Shown here in pieces: positions 42,216 through 51,196 of a stretch of DNA of 54,499 nt (the first letter of the stretch is position 1; each line of letters opens with the position of its first letter). Location of the stretch: contig JACQXN010000017.1 of assembly GCA_016208745.1 (NCBI GenBank), positions 1 through 54,499 of the forward strand. The letters are read 5' to 3'. The notes under the pieces were generated by a model that saw nothing but the letters and a program-made list of their open reading frames with translations, was not told the origin of the DNA and ran no database searches. The DNA is from Candidatus Portnoybacteria bacterium. GTDB lineage: Bacteria > Patescibacteriota > Minisyncoccia > Portnoybacterales > GWB1-42-6. Position numbers and translations under genes: made by a program.

Positions 42216-42554
42216 TTAATTTAAATAATGATCTATAAAAGGCTGGGTTAATCTGGTGATATTCTTTAGGCCTCTCAGTGCAACGCCACGAAATAGAATA
42301 GAAACTTTTATTCCTGGATACCCTAAGTAGATTAGAACCCGACAAGGCTTTGGCCAATTTTTTATGAGGTCATTAAAACGGGGCGTCGGCCTTTTGTCGT
42401 CAAATATAAAATCAGACTCTCGGTGCGCATAGTCGACAATTGGTATGAATATTCCAAGGACAAATATAATTATAAGATTAGCTCCTGCCACCGCAGAGAT
42501 GAATACAATAAAGAATTGAACAGATAAAATCAAAATATCCAATCCCATAACCAT
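42216..42554 (-). CDS. Hypothetical membrane protein (112 aa, two TM helices)
   Basis: ORF translation only. Confidence 0.35.
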   Translation of the reverse strand: MVMGLDILILSVQFFIVFISAVAGANLIIIFVLGIFIPIVDYAHRESDFIFDDKRPTPRFNDLIKNWPKPCRVLIYLGYPGIKVSILFRGVALRGLKNITRLTQPFIDHYLN

Positions 42555-42634
42555 CTCCTTTTTGCTTTTGTATTTTAAAGAAGTGAAACCCGAAAGAACA
42601 GCATTGTTTCTTATTTGTTTACATTACAGCATCA

Positions 42635-43435
42635 TTAAATTCTTGTCAAAACTTCACATCCATCTTTTGTAACAGCCACCGTATGCTCAGAATGCGCGGC
42701 TAAAGATTTGTCCTGCGTTTCAAAGGCAAAACTATTTTTATTTTGTCTGACTTTCCAGTCGCCAGCCGCAATCATTGGCTCAATAGCTAAAGTCATTCCT
42801 TCTTTTAAAACCGGGCCTTCGCCAACCTGACCAAAATTTGGCACTTCCGGATCTTCATGAAGCTCATAACCAACCCCGTGGCCAACAAGATTTCTGATTA
42901 CAGAAAAACCTTCGCCTTCCACATATTTTTGAATCGCAAAACCAATATCGCCAAGATGCGCCCCGGGTTTTATTTTTTCAATCGCGACATCAAGCGCTCC
43001 TTTGGCAACTTTTATTAGTTTTTCCGCCTCATTGCTTATTTCCCCCACCGGCACGGTCAAAGCCGCGTCAACAAAAAATGGCTTGTTCTCCGGATTACAA
43101 GAAGCGCCCATTGGACAATGGCTGCATTTGGCAACCGGGTATAAAATTCCCAGATCCAACCCTATAATTTCCCCTTCTTTCAGCTTCCTTTCAGAAGGCA
43201 CGCCATGGACAATTTCTTCGTTAACAGAGGTGCATAAAGCCGCTGGGAATCCCTGATAACCTAAAAAGGCAGGGTTTCCGCCACAAGCAAAAACAAGGTC
43301 CGAAGCGGCCTTGTTTAATTCCATTGTGGTAATACCCGGTTTTACTTTTTCTGCTATTGCCTGCAAAATCTTAGCCAGAACTTTTCCGCCTTCGGCCATA
43401 ATATTTATTTCTTGTGGGGTTTTTATCCGAATCAT
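42635..43435 (-). CDS. map: Methionine aminopeptidase type I
   Basis: Metal ligands fall in the expected order (GLD, VDAA, HGVG, LAIEP, EHT). About 18 extra Cys-containing residues lie between the first two Asp ligands. Confidence 0.9.
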   Translation of the reverse strand: MIRIKTPQEINIMAEGGKVLAKILQAIAEKVKPGITTMELNKAASDLVFACGGNPAFLGYQGFPAALCTSVNEEIVHGVPSERKLKEGEIIGLDLGILYPVAKCSHCPMGASCNPENKPFFVDAALTVPVGEISNEAEKLIKVAKGALDVAIEKIKPGAHLGDIGFAIQKYVEGEGFSVIRNLVGHGVGYELHEDPEVPNFGQVGEGPVLKEGMTLAIEPMIAAGDWKVRQNKNSFAFETQDKSLAAHSEHTVAVTKDGCEVLTRI

Positions 43436-43526
43436 GCGCTTCGCTTAAATTAAAAGTTAAAAATGAAAAATGAAAAATTTAGGAATTCCGTCGAAATTTT
43501 CTCTGAAAATTTTGACTCCATAATTT
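43436..43526. repeat. Ribosomal-cluster intergenic repeat, family A (adk|map)
   Basis: aaattaaaagttaaaaatgaaaaatgaaaaatttaggaattcc-gtcgaaatttt-ctctg-aaaattttgac-tccataattttt. Confidence 0.8.
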
Positions 43527-44201
43527 TTATTTTTGCTCTAGCGCCCTAACAATGTCCTCATGAACTTCCTCTATTGGTCTGTTGCCGTCAATTTTTACTA
43601 ACAAACCATTGGCTGCGTAATGATCAATTACCGGCTGAATTTCTGTTTCAAAAACGTCTAAACGATGCCTGACAACTTCTGGATCATCATCCGCTCTTTT
43701 GACAAGCGGACCGCCGCATTTATCGCATTTCTCAAGTTTTTTAAATTCTCCAAAATATGGAATTATCCGGCCGCACTTTTCGCACATCCGGCGCTGGGTT
43801 AAGCGAGCATATGATTCATCAGCCGAAATATCAATCAGAATAACTTTTGCAAACTCAAGCCAGTCATACCATGCCAGAGCATCTTCCATTAATCGGGCTT
43901 CAATAAGTTTTCTTGGGCTGCCGTCAAAAACAACGCCTCCAAAATTTGGCTTATTTTTTAAAGCATCAATTTTATCCAACCAGAACTTAAAAATTAAAAA
44001 GGTCGGGATTAAATCGCCTCTTTCAAGAATTTCTTTAAGTTTCTTGGTGCTAAAATTATGATCCTCTTTGACGACTTCCCGCAACAGCTCTCCGCTGCCA
44101 ATATATGATAAACCAAACTTCTCCTGAAGCATTTTTGCCTGGGTGCCTTTGCCGCAACCAGGCCGACCGAGAATTATAAGGATTAGTGGATTACTTTGCA
44201 T
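43527..44201 (-). CDS. adk: Adenylate kinase (zinc-lid type)
   Basis: P-loop GRPGCGKGTQ and a lid with CEKCGR...CDKCGG. Confidence 0.9.
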   Translation of the reverse strand: MQSNPLILIILGRPGCGKGTQAKMLQEKFGLSYIGSGELLREVVKEDHNFSTKKLKEILERGDLIPTFLIFKFWLDKIDALKNKPNFGGVVFDGSPRKLIEARLMEDALAWYDWLEFAKVILIDISADESYARLTQRRMCEKCGRIIPYFGEFKKLEKCDKCGGPLVKRADDDPEVVRHRLDVFETEIQPVIDHYAANGLLVKIDGNRPIEEVHEDIVRALEQK

Positions 44202-44209
44202 TTTTTAAA

Positions 44210-44387
44210 CTTGCATGGCAAAAATTTTTTTATAAAATCGCAGCGAGCCAAACGTTGAAAAAATTGCCGACGGAGGAGTGAAGCGACGAGTTTAGGAGGC
44301 AATTTTTAGCGAGGCGAGCCCGATTTTATTAAAATTTTATGCCTGCAAGCAGTTTTTTCCGCCGCTTTTTTGCTGCCAAAAAAGCGG
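44210..44387. repeat. ~190-nt composite structured repeat, copy D (secY|adk)
   Basis: Outer stem cttgcatggcaaaaatttttttataaaatcg / cgattttattaaaattttatgcctgcaag and inner stem gaaaaaattgcc / ggcaattttt. The apex is identical to copy B. The trailing hairpin is ccgcttttttg-ctgc-caaaaaagcgg. Confidence 0.8.
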
Positions 44388-44393
44388 TAAAAT

Positions 44394-45668
44394 TTACAGC
44401 CCCTCATATTCCCTCATCGTCAACTGGGAATCAATTTGCCTAATAGTTTCCAAAACCACAGCCACCACGATTAGAATTGAAGTTCCGCCAACGGTGAAAG
44501 TGGTGATACCTGTGGCGCCTTGAACCACATTTGGCGCAATCGCGATAAGACCTAAAAATACCGCGCCGACTAAAAGCACGCGGTTAACGATAAAATTTAA
44601 AAAATCAGTAGTGGGTTTACCCGGTCTAATGCCGGGAATGAACCCTCCCATTTTTTGTAAGTTTTCAGAAATATTTTTTGGATCAAAGGTGACCGCTGTA
44701 TAAAAGTATGTGAAAAGAAGGACCAAAATAAAATAGGCAACGCTATATACAATGCTTTGAGGACTAAGCGCTGTGCTTAAGAATGTTGCGGCTTTTGCCA
44801 CCCAGGCTGTGCCGGAATTAGCAAAAAAGCTTCCCACCATGCCCGGCAACAGCATAATTGAAATAGCAAAAATAATTGGAATAACACCAGCTGGGTTAAC
44901 ATTCATTGGCAAATAAGTTGAGACGCCGCCATACATCTTGTTGCCGCGGACTCTTTTAGCATAAGAAACAGGAATATTGCGCCGGCCTTCGGTGATGATT
45001 ACGACTCCGACAATGACCACGACAGCAATCACAGCAAACCCAAGATATGAGGGGATTTTTGACGGATCCCAAACAGCCAATGTCTGCCTAAAAGAAGAGG
45101 GGAAACCAGCCACAATGCCGGCAAAAATTAAAAGAGAAACGCCATTGCCAATTCCTTTTTCTGAAATTAGCTCTCCCAACCACATCAAAAAAACTGTGCC
45201 AGCTGTTATGGTTAAGATGGTGATTGATAATTGAAAAGTGGTCAAAACGCCGATAACCTGCTGGCTTTTTAAAATACTAATCATAGCGTAAGACTGCAAA
45301 GCGGCTAAGGGAATAGTTAAAAGCCTGGCATATTGATTAAACTTCCGACGGCCTGCCTCTCCTTCTTCTTTATACATTGCCTCCAGGGCAGGAAAAATCA
45401 TAGTCAAAAGCTGCATAATAATCAAAGCGGTGATATAAGGACCAAGCCCCAACATAGCAATCGAAAAATTACTCATTGCGCCGCCGGTAAAAATATTCAA
45501 CAAACCAAATAACTGATTGCCTTCAAAAAATCCCCTTAAGCGCGAAACGTCAATTCCGGGAACCGGAATGTTGGCTAATATTCGCGAAACGACAAAAACG
45601 CCCAAGACAAAAATAACCTTCTTACGCAAATCAGCGATTTTAAATATTTGAATTACTTTCTGCCACAT
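44394..45668 (-). CDS. secY: Preprotein translocase subunit SecY
   Basis: Ten-TM protein with typical SecY motifs (LGLGPYITALIIMQLL, GEGGRRK-like loop) at the canonical position after rplO. Confidence 0.95.
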   Translation of the reverse strand: MWQKVIQIFKIADLRKKVIFVLGVFVVSRILANIPVPGIDVSRLRGFFEGNQLFGLLNIFTGGAMSNFSIAMLGLGPYITALIIMQLLTMIFPALEAMYKEEGEAGRRKFNQYARLLTIPLAALQSYAMISILKSQQVIGVLTTFQLSITILTITAGTVFLMWLGELISEKGIGNGVSLLIFAGIVAGFPSSFRQTLAVWDPSKIPSYLGFAVIAVVVIVGVVIITEGRRNIPVSYAKRVRGNKMYGGVSTYLPMNVNPAGVIPIIFAISIMLLPGMVGSFFANSGTAWVAKAATFLSTALSPQSIVYSVAYFILVLLFTYFYTAVTFDPKNISENLQKMGGFIPGIRPGKPTTDFLNFIVNRVLLVGAVFLGLIAIAPNVVQGATGITTFTVGGTSILIVVAVVLETIRQIDSQLTMREYEGL

Positions 45669-45779
45669 TGTTCTCCGCCAGCTGGCGGATCAATTTAAAA
45701 GTTAAAAATGAAAAGGTAAAAAGTTAATTTTTCGGTTTTTAATTTTTAAATGTCGTTTTTATATTTTATATTTTCCTTT
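45669..45779. repeat. Ribosomal-cluster intergenic repeat, family B (rplO|secY)
   Basis: ccgccagctggcgg hairpin followed by caatttaaaagttaaaaatgaaaaggtaaaaagttaatttttcggtttttaatttttaaatgtcgtttttatattttatattttccttttt. By my reading this is identical to the copy at 52947-53059 over about 90 nt. Confidence 0.85.
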
Positions 45780-46211
45780 TTAAATTATGTTTCCTCCTGC
45801 CTTCTCCACCTTCTCTTTTGCGCTCTGGGATATTTGAAGGCCCTTAAAACTTAACTTCTTTTTTATTTCTCCGTCTCCTAAAATCTTAACTTCCGGCATT
45901 CTCCCTTTTATTCTACTAATTAATTTTCTTTCTAGCAATGATTTTATAGACACTATCTCCCCTTCTTTAAAAAATTTGCCTAAAAAACCAAGGTTAATTA
46001 TGAGAGGCTTTGTCTGTGTTGATCTGAATTTATAGCCGCGCATCTTTGGCGTTTGCTTAACTAAATCGCGCCACTCTGGCCTGATTTTTGCACCGGCTCT
46101 TGATTTCTGCCCCTTAACTCCACGGCCAGAAAAAGTCCCGCGCTTACCGCCACGGCCAACGCGTTTCTTAGTTTTTTGTTTATTTGTCGATCTTATTTGA
46201 TGTAGCTGCAT
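45780..46211 (-). CDS. rplO: 50S ribosomal protein L15
   Basis: RVGRGGKRGTFSGRGVKGQKSR motif, at the canonical position. Confidence 0.9.
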   Translation of the reverse strand: MQLHQIRSTNKQKTKKRVGRGGKRGTFSGRGVKGQKSRAGAKIRPEWRDLVKQTPKMRGYKFRSTQTKPLIINLGFLGKFFKEGEIVSIKSLLERKLISRIKGRMPEVKILGDGEIKKKLSFKGLQISQSAKEKVEKAGGNII

Positions 46212-46345
46212 AATTCTCCGTCCCGCCTTGGCGGGCGGACTAAATTAAAAGTGAAAAATGAAAAGTGAAAAATTTATGAATTCCGTTAAAATTTTCAAAG
46301 AAAATTTTAACTCCATAATTTTTTCCGCCTGCCTGGACGGGCGGA
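46212..46345. repeat. Ribosomal-cluster intergenic repeat, family A flanked by two GC hairpins (rpsE|rplO); occupies the position where rpmD would be
   Basis: cccgccttggcggg; the family A core with stem gttaaaatttt/aaaattttaac; ccgcctgcctggacgggcgg. Confidence 0.8.
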
Positions 46346-46831
46346 TCAGCCTCGAGCTGAATTTTTTAATTTTTTTAGGGCTTCTATCGTTGCCCGAGCA
46401 TTATTCAATTTATTAGTTGAACGACTAACGACTTTACCGCTAATATTTTCAATTCCAGCCAAGGCACAAATTATTCTAAGCATTCCCCCTGCTACCAATC
46501 CTCTACCTCTCTTTGCCGGCTTTAAAATTACCTGCGCCGCGCCAAATTTCGCTGAAACCTCATGAGGAATAGTCCCTTCTTTTGTGGGTACTTCAATTAA
46601 ATTTTTTCTCGCTTTCAGCGCCGCCTTTTCAACTCCTAAAGTCACGTCCTGTCCTTTGGCTAATCCGATTCCAACTTTCCCTTTCATATTTCCTATGGCC
46701 ACGGTTATGCGGAAAGAAAATCTCCGTCCACCAGCCACCACACGCGTCACCCGCGCCACGTCCAAAAGCCTCTGCTCATATTCAGACTTTTCTCTCTCCC
46801 TGGCTCTTGGTCTTCTTGTTGATTCGGTCAT
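46346..46831 (-). CDS. rpsE: 30S ribosomal protein S5
   Basis: RVTRVVAGGRRFSFRITVAIGN...GIGLAKGQDV. Confidence 0.9.
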   Translation of the reverse strand: MTESTRRPRAREREKSEYEQRLLDVARVTRVVAGGRRFSFRITVAIGNMKGKVGIGLAKGQDVTLGVEKAALKARKNLIEVPTKEGTIPHEVSAKFGAAQVILKPAKRGRGLVAGGMLRIICALAGIENISGKVVSRSTNKLNNARATIEALKKLKNSARG

Positions 46832-46868
46832 ATTTTATAGGTCTTATGAGTCCTATCGGACCTATTTC

Positions 46869-47231
46869 TTAAAATTTTAATCCTCCTTCTCTGGCTCCCT
46901 CTGCCACCGCTTTTATTCGACCATGAAATTTAAAACCAGCTCTGTCAAAAACTATTTTTTCTATTTTTTTCTCTAATGCCTTTTTTGCCAAAAGCATCCC
47001 TATTTCTTTCGCCAAATCAATTTTCTTTTTACCCTTCGCCCTCTCAATATTTAAATCACTAATATTAATTAAGGTCGACATGCGTTGATCATCAATAAGC
47101 TGCCCATAAATATGCCGGTTACTTCGAAAAACAGCAAGCCGCGGACGGCTAGACGTGCCAAAAATCCTCGCTCTAATTTTGCGATGTCGCCTGGCTCTTT
47201 TCTGTCTTTTTGCTTTCATTTTATTTGGCAT
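46869..47231 (-). CDS. rplR: 50S ribosomal protein L18
   Basis: RRHRKIRARIFGTSSRPRLAVFRSNRHIYGQLIDD. Confidence 0.9.
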   Translation of the reverse strand: MPNKMKAKRQKRARRHRKIRARIFGTSSRPRLAVFRSNRHIYGQLIDDQRMSTLINISDLNIERAKGKKKIDLAKEIGMLLAKKALEKKIEKIVFDRAGFKFHGRIKAVAEGAREGGLKF

Positions 47232-47240
47232 ATATTTAGA

Positions 47241-47801
47241 TTACATTTCGGTTGAAGCAGTTTTCTTGCCGGCTTTGATTTTAACCACCTCATCCTGATA
47301 TCTTATCCCCTTGCCTTTATATGGCTCGGGTTTCTTTTTCGCCCTTAAAGCAGCTGCCACCTGACCAACTAATTGTTTGTCTGGACCAGAAACGCTAATA
47401 ATATTTTTTTCCAGCTTAAATTCAATTCCTTCGGGTGCCTCAAATTCAACCGGGTGAGAAAATCCCAAATTTAAAACAAGCTTATTGTTTCCCTGCGCCT
47501 GAGCGCGAAAACCAACACCCTGAATTTCCAGTTTTTTCTCAAAGCCATCTTTGACCCCTTTGACCATATTGGCAATAAGCGCCCTGCCCAATCCCCAAAA
47601 AGCCATTATTTTTTTATCAGCTAGGGCTGAATCAGAAGCAGGAGAAATCAAAATTTTATTATCTTCCAGCTTGATTTCCAAATCCTGCGGAAACTTATAT
47701 TGTAATTCGCCCTTGGGCCCCTTAACCATTATCAAATCGCCATCGATTTTTACTTCGACTTTTTCTGGAATTAAAATTGGTTGTTTTCCGATACGTGACA
47801 T
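47241..47801 (-). CDS. rplF: 50S ribosomal protein L6
   Basis: MSRIGKQPILIPEKVEV... with two L6 repeats. Confidence 0.9.
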   Translation of the reverse strand: MSRIGKQPILIPEKVEVKIDGDLIMVKGPKGELQYKFPQDLEIKLEDNKILISPASDSALADKKIMAFWGLGRALIANMVKGVKDGFEKKLEIQGVGFRAQAQGNNKLVLNLGFSHPVEFEAPEGIEFKLEKNIISVSGPDKQLVGQVAAALRAKKKPEPYKGKGIRYQDEVVKIKAGKKTASTEM

Positions 47802-47906
47802 ATGCGCTTCGCTAAATTAAAAGTTAAAAATGTAAAATGTAAAATTTAGGAATTCGTGAAAAATTTTTGAACAAAAATTTTTCACTCATTAATTATCAAT
47901 TATTTT
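47802..47906. repeat. Ribosomal-cluster intergenic repeat, family A (rpsH|rplF)
   Basis: The core stem gtgaaaaattttt/aaaaatttttcac is a compensated variant of the other copies. Confidence 0.8.
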
Positions 47907-48293
47907 CTACCATATTTCACACAAAATTTCTCCGCCTAGACCAGCCTTTTTTGCTTCCTTATTAGTCATTAGTCCTTTTGAGGTAGAAATAATCGCCCGG
48001 CCATAACCCTGTTTAACGGGCCAGATTTGTCCTTTTTTCAAATAGAGCCTTCGTCCCGGCTTGCTTTTCCTTAAAACGCCTTGGATCGCTCCTTGCCCTT
48101 CATCGTATCTTAAAGTAATTGAAATCTTATGATTAGCTTTTTTGCCCTTTTCTTCAATACCGCCAATAAAATTTTCTTTCTCTAAAATTTTAGCCAAAGC
48201 AAACTTTAGGTTAGAAAAAGGCATTTCCACATTTGGCCTGCCCGCTGCTTGGGCATTTTTGATTCTTATTAACATGTCAGAAATTGTATCCAT
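47907..48293 (-). CDS. rpsH: 30S ribosomal protein S8
   Basis: DTISDMLIRIKNAQAAGR. Confidence 0.9.
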   Translation of the reverse strand: MDTISDMLIRIKNAQAAGRPNVEMPFSNLKFALAKILEKENFIGGIEEKGKKANHKISITLRYDEGQGAIQGVLRKSKPGRRLYLKKGQIWPVKQGYGRAIISTSKGLMTNKEAKKAGLGGEILCEIW

Positions 48294-48418
48294 AGTTCTC
48301 CGCCCGCTGGCGGATCAATTTAAAAGTTAAAAATGAAAAAGTAAAAGTTAATTTTCCGGTTTTTAATTTTTAAATGTCGTTTTTATATTTTCTATTTTCC
48401 TTTTTAAATTTACCGCTT
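48294..48418. repeat. Ribosomal-cluster intergenic repeat, family B (rpsN|rpsH)
   Basis: ccgcccgctggcgg hairpin followed by the family B unit. Confidence 0.85.
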
Positions 48419-48604
48419 TTACCAGCTAGATTTCTTAATTCCCGGAATCATTCCTTGATTAGCTAATTCCCTAAAGCAAATTCGGCACAAATCAAAATCT
48501 CTCATATACCCACGCTTGCGCCCACAGCGAAAACAACGTCTAACAATTCTGGTTGTAAATTTGGGTTTTCTTTTTGATTTTGCAATTTGAGCTTTAGTCG
48601 CCAT
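48419..48604 (-). CDS. rpsN: 30S ribosomal protein S14, zinc-binding (type Z)
   Basis: 61 aa; [23 protein letters not shown]. Confidence 0.9.
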   Translation of the reverse strand: MATKAQIAKSKRKPKFTTRIVRRCFRCGRKRGYMRDFDLCRICFRELANQGMIPGIKKSSW

Positions 48605-48696
48605 ATGCGCTTCGCTAAATTAAAAGTTAAAAATGAAAAGTGAAAAATTTATGAATTACGTCAAAATTTTCTTTGAAAATTTTGACTCCATAATTT
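48605..48696. repeat. Ribosomal-cluster intergenic repeat, family A (rplE|rpsN)
   Basis: Core stem gtcaaaatttt-ctttg-aaaattttgac. Confidence 0.8.
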
Positions 48697-49239
48697 TTAA
48701 TTTGTCTTTATTGGGAATCCCGTCATTCTAAATAATTCCATTCCTTCTTCTTGGGTTTTAGCAGTTGTCTTAACAGTTATTTCCAGACCAAAGATGTGAT
48801 GAATATTTTCATGAGAAATTTCGGGAAAAATGATATGTTCTTTCAAACCAATCGTTAAATTACCGTTCTGGTCAACTGATTTTTGATTAAGTCCGCGGAA
48901 ATCTCGACTTCGCGGCGAAGCAAGAGAGACCAACCTTTCTAGAAAATCAAACATCTTCTGTTTTCTCAATGTTGCCACCAAACCAACTTTCATTCCCTGC
49001 CTTGTTTTAAAAGCAGCAATGGCTTTTTTGGCTTTCGTAAAAACCGGTTTTTGTCCGACAATCATTGTTAAATCTCGAATAATTTCTTCTAGCGCCTTCT
49101 CGTCGCCGGAAAATTTTCCAATTCCAATATTAACCGTCACCTTTTCAAAGTGCGGAACCGCTAAGATGTTCCCATAACCAAACTTCTCTTTCATCGCCGG
49201 GATTACTTCTTTTTTGTATTTTTCCTGTAAACTTTTCAT
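48697..49239 (-). CDS. rplE: 50S ribosomal protein L5
   Basis: LQEKYKKEVIPAMKEKFGYGNILAVPHFEKVTVNIG. Confidence 0.9.
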   Translation of the reverse strand: MKSLQEKYKKEVIPAMKEKFGYGNILAVPHFEKVTVNIGIGKFSGDEKALEEIIRDLTMIVGQKPVFTKAKKAIAAFKTRQGMKVGLVATLRKQKMFDFLERLVSLASPRSRDFRGLNQKSVDQNGNLTIGLKEHIIFPEISHENIHHIFGLEITVKTTAKTQEEGMELFRMTGFPIKTN

Positions 49240-49245
49240 GTATTT

Positions 49246-49551
49246 TTAAACCTCCTGCCCGCACTTTTTACAAATCCTTATCTTTCCTGCGTCCGTTATC
49301 TTATAGCCAACCCGGGCCGCCTGATTGCATCTTTGGCAGATTAATTTAACATTGGCAACAGAAAAAGGCTTGGGGATTTCGATAACTTGCCCTTTTTCAT
49401 TCTGTTTTCTGGGTTTTCTGTGTTTTTTAACCAAATTCATGCCTTCAACCATAATCTTGGAAAGTTCCGGAAAAACTTTCAGCACTTTGCCCTTTTTGCC
49501 TTTATCCTTGCCCGCAATAACTAAAATTGTATCATTTTTCTTTATTTTCAT
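49246..49551 (-). CDS. rplX: 50S ribosomal protein L24 with a C-terminal CxxC...CxxC zinc-ribbon tail
   Basis: KOW motif KKNDTILVIAGKDKGKKGKV and tail CQRCNQ...CKKCGQ. Confidence 0.9.
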   Translation of the reverse strand: MKIKKNDTILVIAGKDKGKKGKVLKVFPELSKIMVEGMNLVKKHRKPRKQNEKGQVIEIPKPFSVANVKLICQRCNQAARVGYKITDAGKIRICKKCGQEV

Positions 49552-49742
49552 GCCAATTTTGTTTAAATTTATGAGCTCAATTTATTGTAGCGAAATAAAT
49601 TTAACTACAAAATTGAGCACCGAGCATATAATTTATTAATTTAAAAAAATGCCTTAGATTAATAAATTATGTGCTCGGTAAAGGTTTTGTAACCAAATTT
49701 TCTGCTCCGCCCTGGGCGGATCGAAAATTTGGACAAAGCCCT
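49552..49742. repeat. Intergenic hairpin cluster (rplN|rplX)
   Basis: gctcaatttattgtag...ctacaaaattgagc; caccgagcatataatttattaat...attaataaattatgtgctcggt; ccgccctgggcgg. Confidence 0.7.
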
Positions 49743-50108
49743 CTAAACTACTTCCGGCGCCAGCGACGCAATTTTATCAAATCCTCTTTCTTTTATTTCT
49801 TTAGCCACCGGACCAAATATTCTGCCGCCCTTTGGCTCTTTGCCATCTAAAATCACCGCCGCATTATCGCTGAATCTAATATAGGAGCCGTCAGAGCGCC
49901 GAAAAGCCTTTCTTTGACGAACAATAACTGCTTTAACTATATCGCCTTTTTTAACCATTTTACGCGGCTCAGCTTCTTTAACAGAAGCAACTACAATATC
50001 TCCCAATTGCGCATAGCGCCTTCTGGTCCCGCCTAAAACCTTAAAACACTGGATAATCTTTGCTCCGGTGTTGTCGGCGACTTTTAACATTGTTCTTGGT
50101 TGCACCAT
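49743..50108 (-). CDS. rplN: 50S ribosomal protein L14
   Basis: [17 protein letters not shown]. Confidence 0.9.
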   Translation of the reverse strand: MVQPRTMLKVADNTGAKIIQCFKVLGGTRRRYAQLGDIVVASVKEAEPRKMVKKGDIVKAVIVRQRKAFRRSDGSYIRFSDNAAVILDGKEPKGGRIFGPVAKEIKERGFDKIASLAPEVV

Positions 50109-50184
50109 ATCAAAAAATTTCTAATATCTAATATCTAATTTCTAATCCAATCCCGCGAAGCGGGATATTATTGGTAATTGGTAA
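50109..50184. repeat. AT-rich 'word' hairpin with a central cccgcgaagcggg (rpsQ|rplN)
   Basis: aaaatttctaatatctaatatctaatttctaatccaat ... atattattggtaattggtaatt. Confidence 0.7.
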
Positions 50185-50436
50185 TTATATCTTCCTTGCT
50201 ATTCTCCATCTTTTGCCTCTGCTAATCGGCCGGCATTCGTAAATTGTGACCTTATCGCCAATCTTTGCTTCGTTTTTTTCATCATGAACCTTATATCTTT
50301 CCGTTACCTTAAATCTTTTTTTGTATTTCGGATGTTCCTTTAATCTGGTCACCTGAACAATTGCGGTTTTCTGCATTCTATCAGAAACCACCACCCCTCT
50401 CAAGGCTCTTATGGTTTTTGTTTTATTTCTTGTCAT
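50185..50436 (-). CDS. rpsQ: 30S ribosomal protein S17
   Basis: LRGVVVSDRMQKTAIVQV...IYECRPISRGKRW. Confidence 0.9.
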   Translation of the reverse strand: MTRNKTKTIRALRGVVVSDRMQKTAIVQVTRLKEHPKYKKRFKVTERYKVHDEKNEAKIGDKVTIYECRPISRGKRWRIARKI

Positions 50437-50734
50437 GTTTTTTGTTTAAAATAGCTTGCCCTTCCGAAGTTTTTTTACGAAGGAGGGCTCGCCCCTCCAA
50501 AGCTTTTTCGCGTAGGGGGGTTTGCTCTTCTGGCTTGCCTTCGGAAGTTCTTTGACGCAAAAGAGTCAATATCCTAGCTATCGCTCTCTTAGTTTGAGAA
50601 ATTTCTCCGACATTCCTTAATTTCTTCTCTGCTAAACCAAAATTGAAAACTCTCGTTTTCTCTCTTAATTCTTTCAGCATTGTTCTTAGCTCTTCGTCTG
50701 TTTTGGAACGCAATTCCTTGATTTCTATTTCCAT
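50423..50734 (-). CDS. rpmC: 50S ribosomal protein L29 with a ~42-aa repeat-derived C-terminal extension
   Basis: The L29 core ELRSKTDEELRTMLKELREKTRVFNF...ARILTLLRQR is followed by TSEGKPEEQTPLREKALEGRALLRKKTSEGQAILNKKHDKK. It overlaps rpsQ by 14 nt. Confidence 0.85.
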   Translation of the reverse strand: MEIEIKELRSKTDEELRTMLKELREKTRVFNFGLAEKKLRNVGEISQTKRAIARILTLLRQRTSEGKPEEQTPLREKALEGRALLRKKTSEGQAILNKKHDKK

Positions 50735-50740
50735 AATGAA

Positions 50741-51151
50741 TTACTTACTTAAAAATTTAGTTTTGACCGATAATTTGTCAGCCGCGAGCCTCAAGGCCTC
50801 TTTAGCCACATCCGTTGTTATTCCGTCCATTTCAAATAGAATTCTACCAGGTTTTACCGGCACGACATAATGATCAACTGCTCCCTTGCCGCCGCCCATA
50901 GGCACTTCAGTCCCTTTTCTTGTCACCGGTTTATGAGGAAAAATTCTAATCCAGATTTTGCCGCCGCGCTGGACATACCGCGTCATTGCTCTTCTGGCCG
51001 CTTCAATTTCCCGGGCATTAAGCCAGCCTTCTTCTAAAGCCTTAAGGCCTGAAGAACCAAAAGCCAACTGCGTGCCCCTGGATTCTGCACCAGCGAATCT
51101 TCTTCTTCCTTTTTGCCATTTACGATGTTTTACTTTTTTAGGTAAAAGCAT
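50741..51151 (-). CDS. rplP: 50S ribosomal protein L16
   Basis: [16 protein letters not shown]. Confidence 0.9.
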   Translation of the reverse strand: MLLPKKVKHRKWQKGRRRFAGAESRGTQLAFGSSGLKALEEGWLNAREIEAARRAMTRYVQRGGKIWIRIFPHKPVTRKGTEVPMGGGKGAVDHYVVPVKPGRILFEMDGITTDVAKEALRLAADKLSVKTKFLSK

Positions 51152-51196
51152 AAATTCTCCTATAAGTCCTATAAGACCTATAGGTCTTATAGGCTA

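Noticed and set aside
44210-44245. Sigma70-like promoter in the outer arm of the ~190-nt repeat (TTGCAT-N16-TAAAAT on the plus strand of copy D)
   Set aside because: The -10-like hexamer and spacer are not conserved in copies A to C. The match is expected by chance in AT-rich palindromes, and no plus-strand gene lies downstream. It is kept only as a possibility inside the repeat finding.
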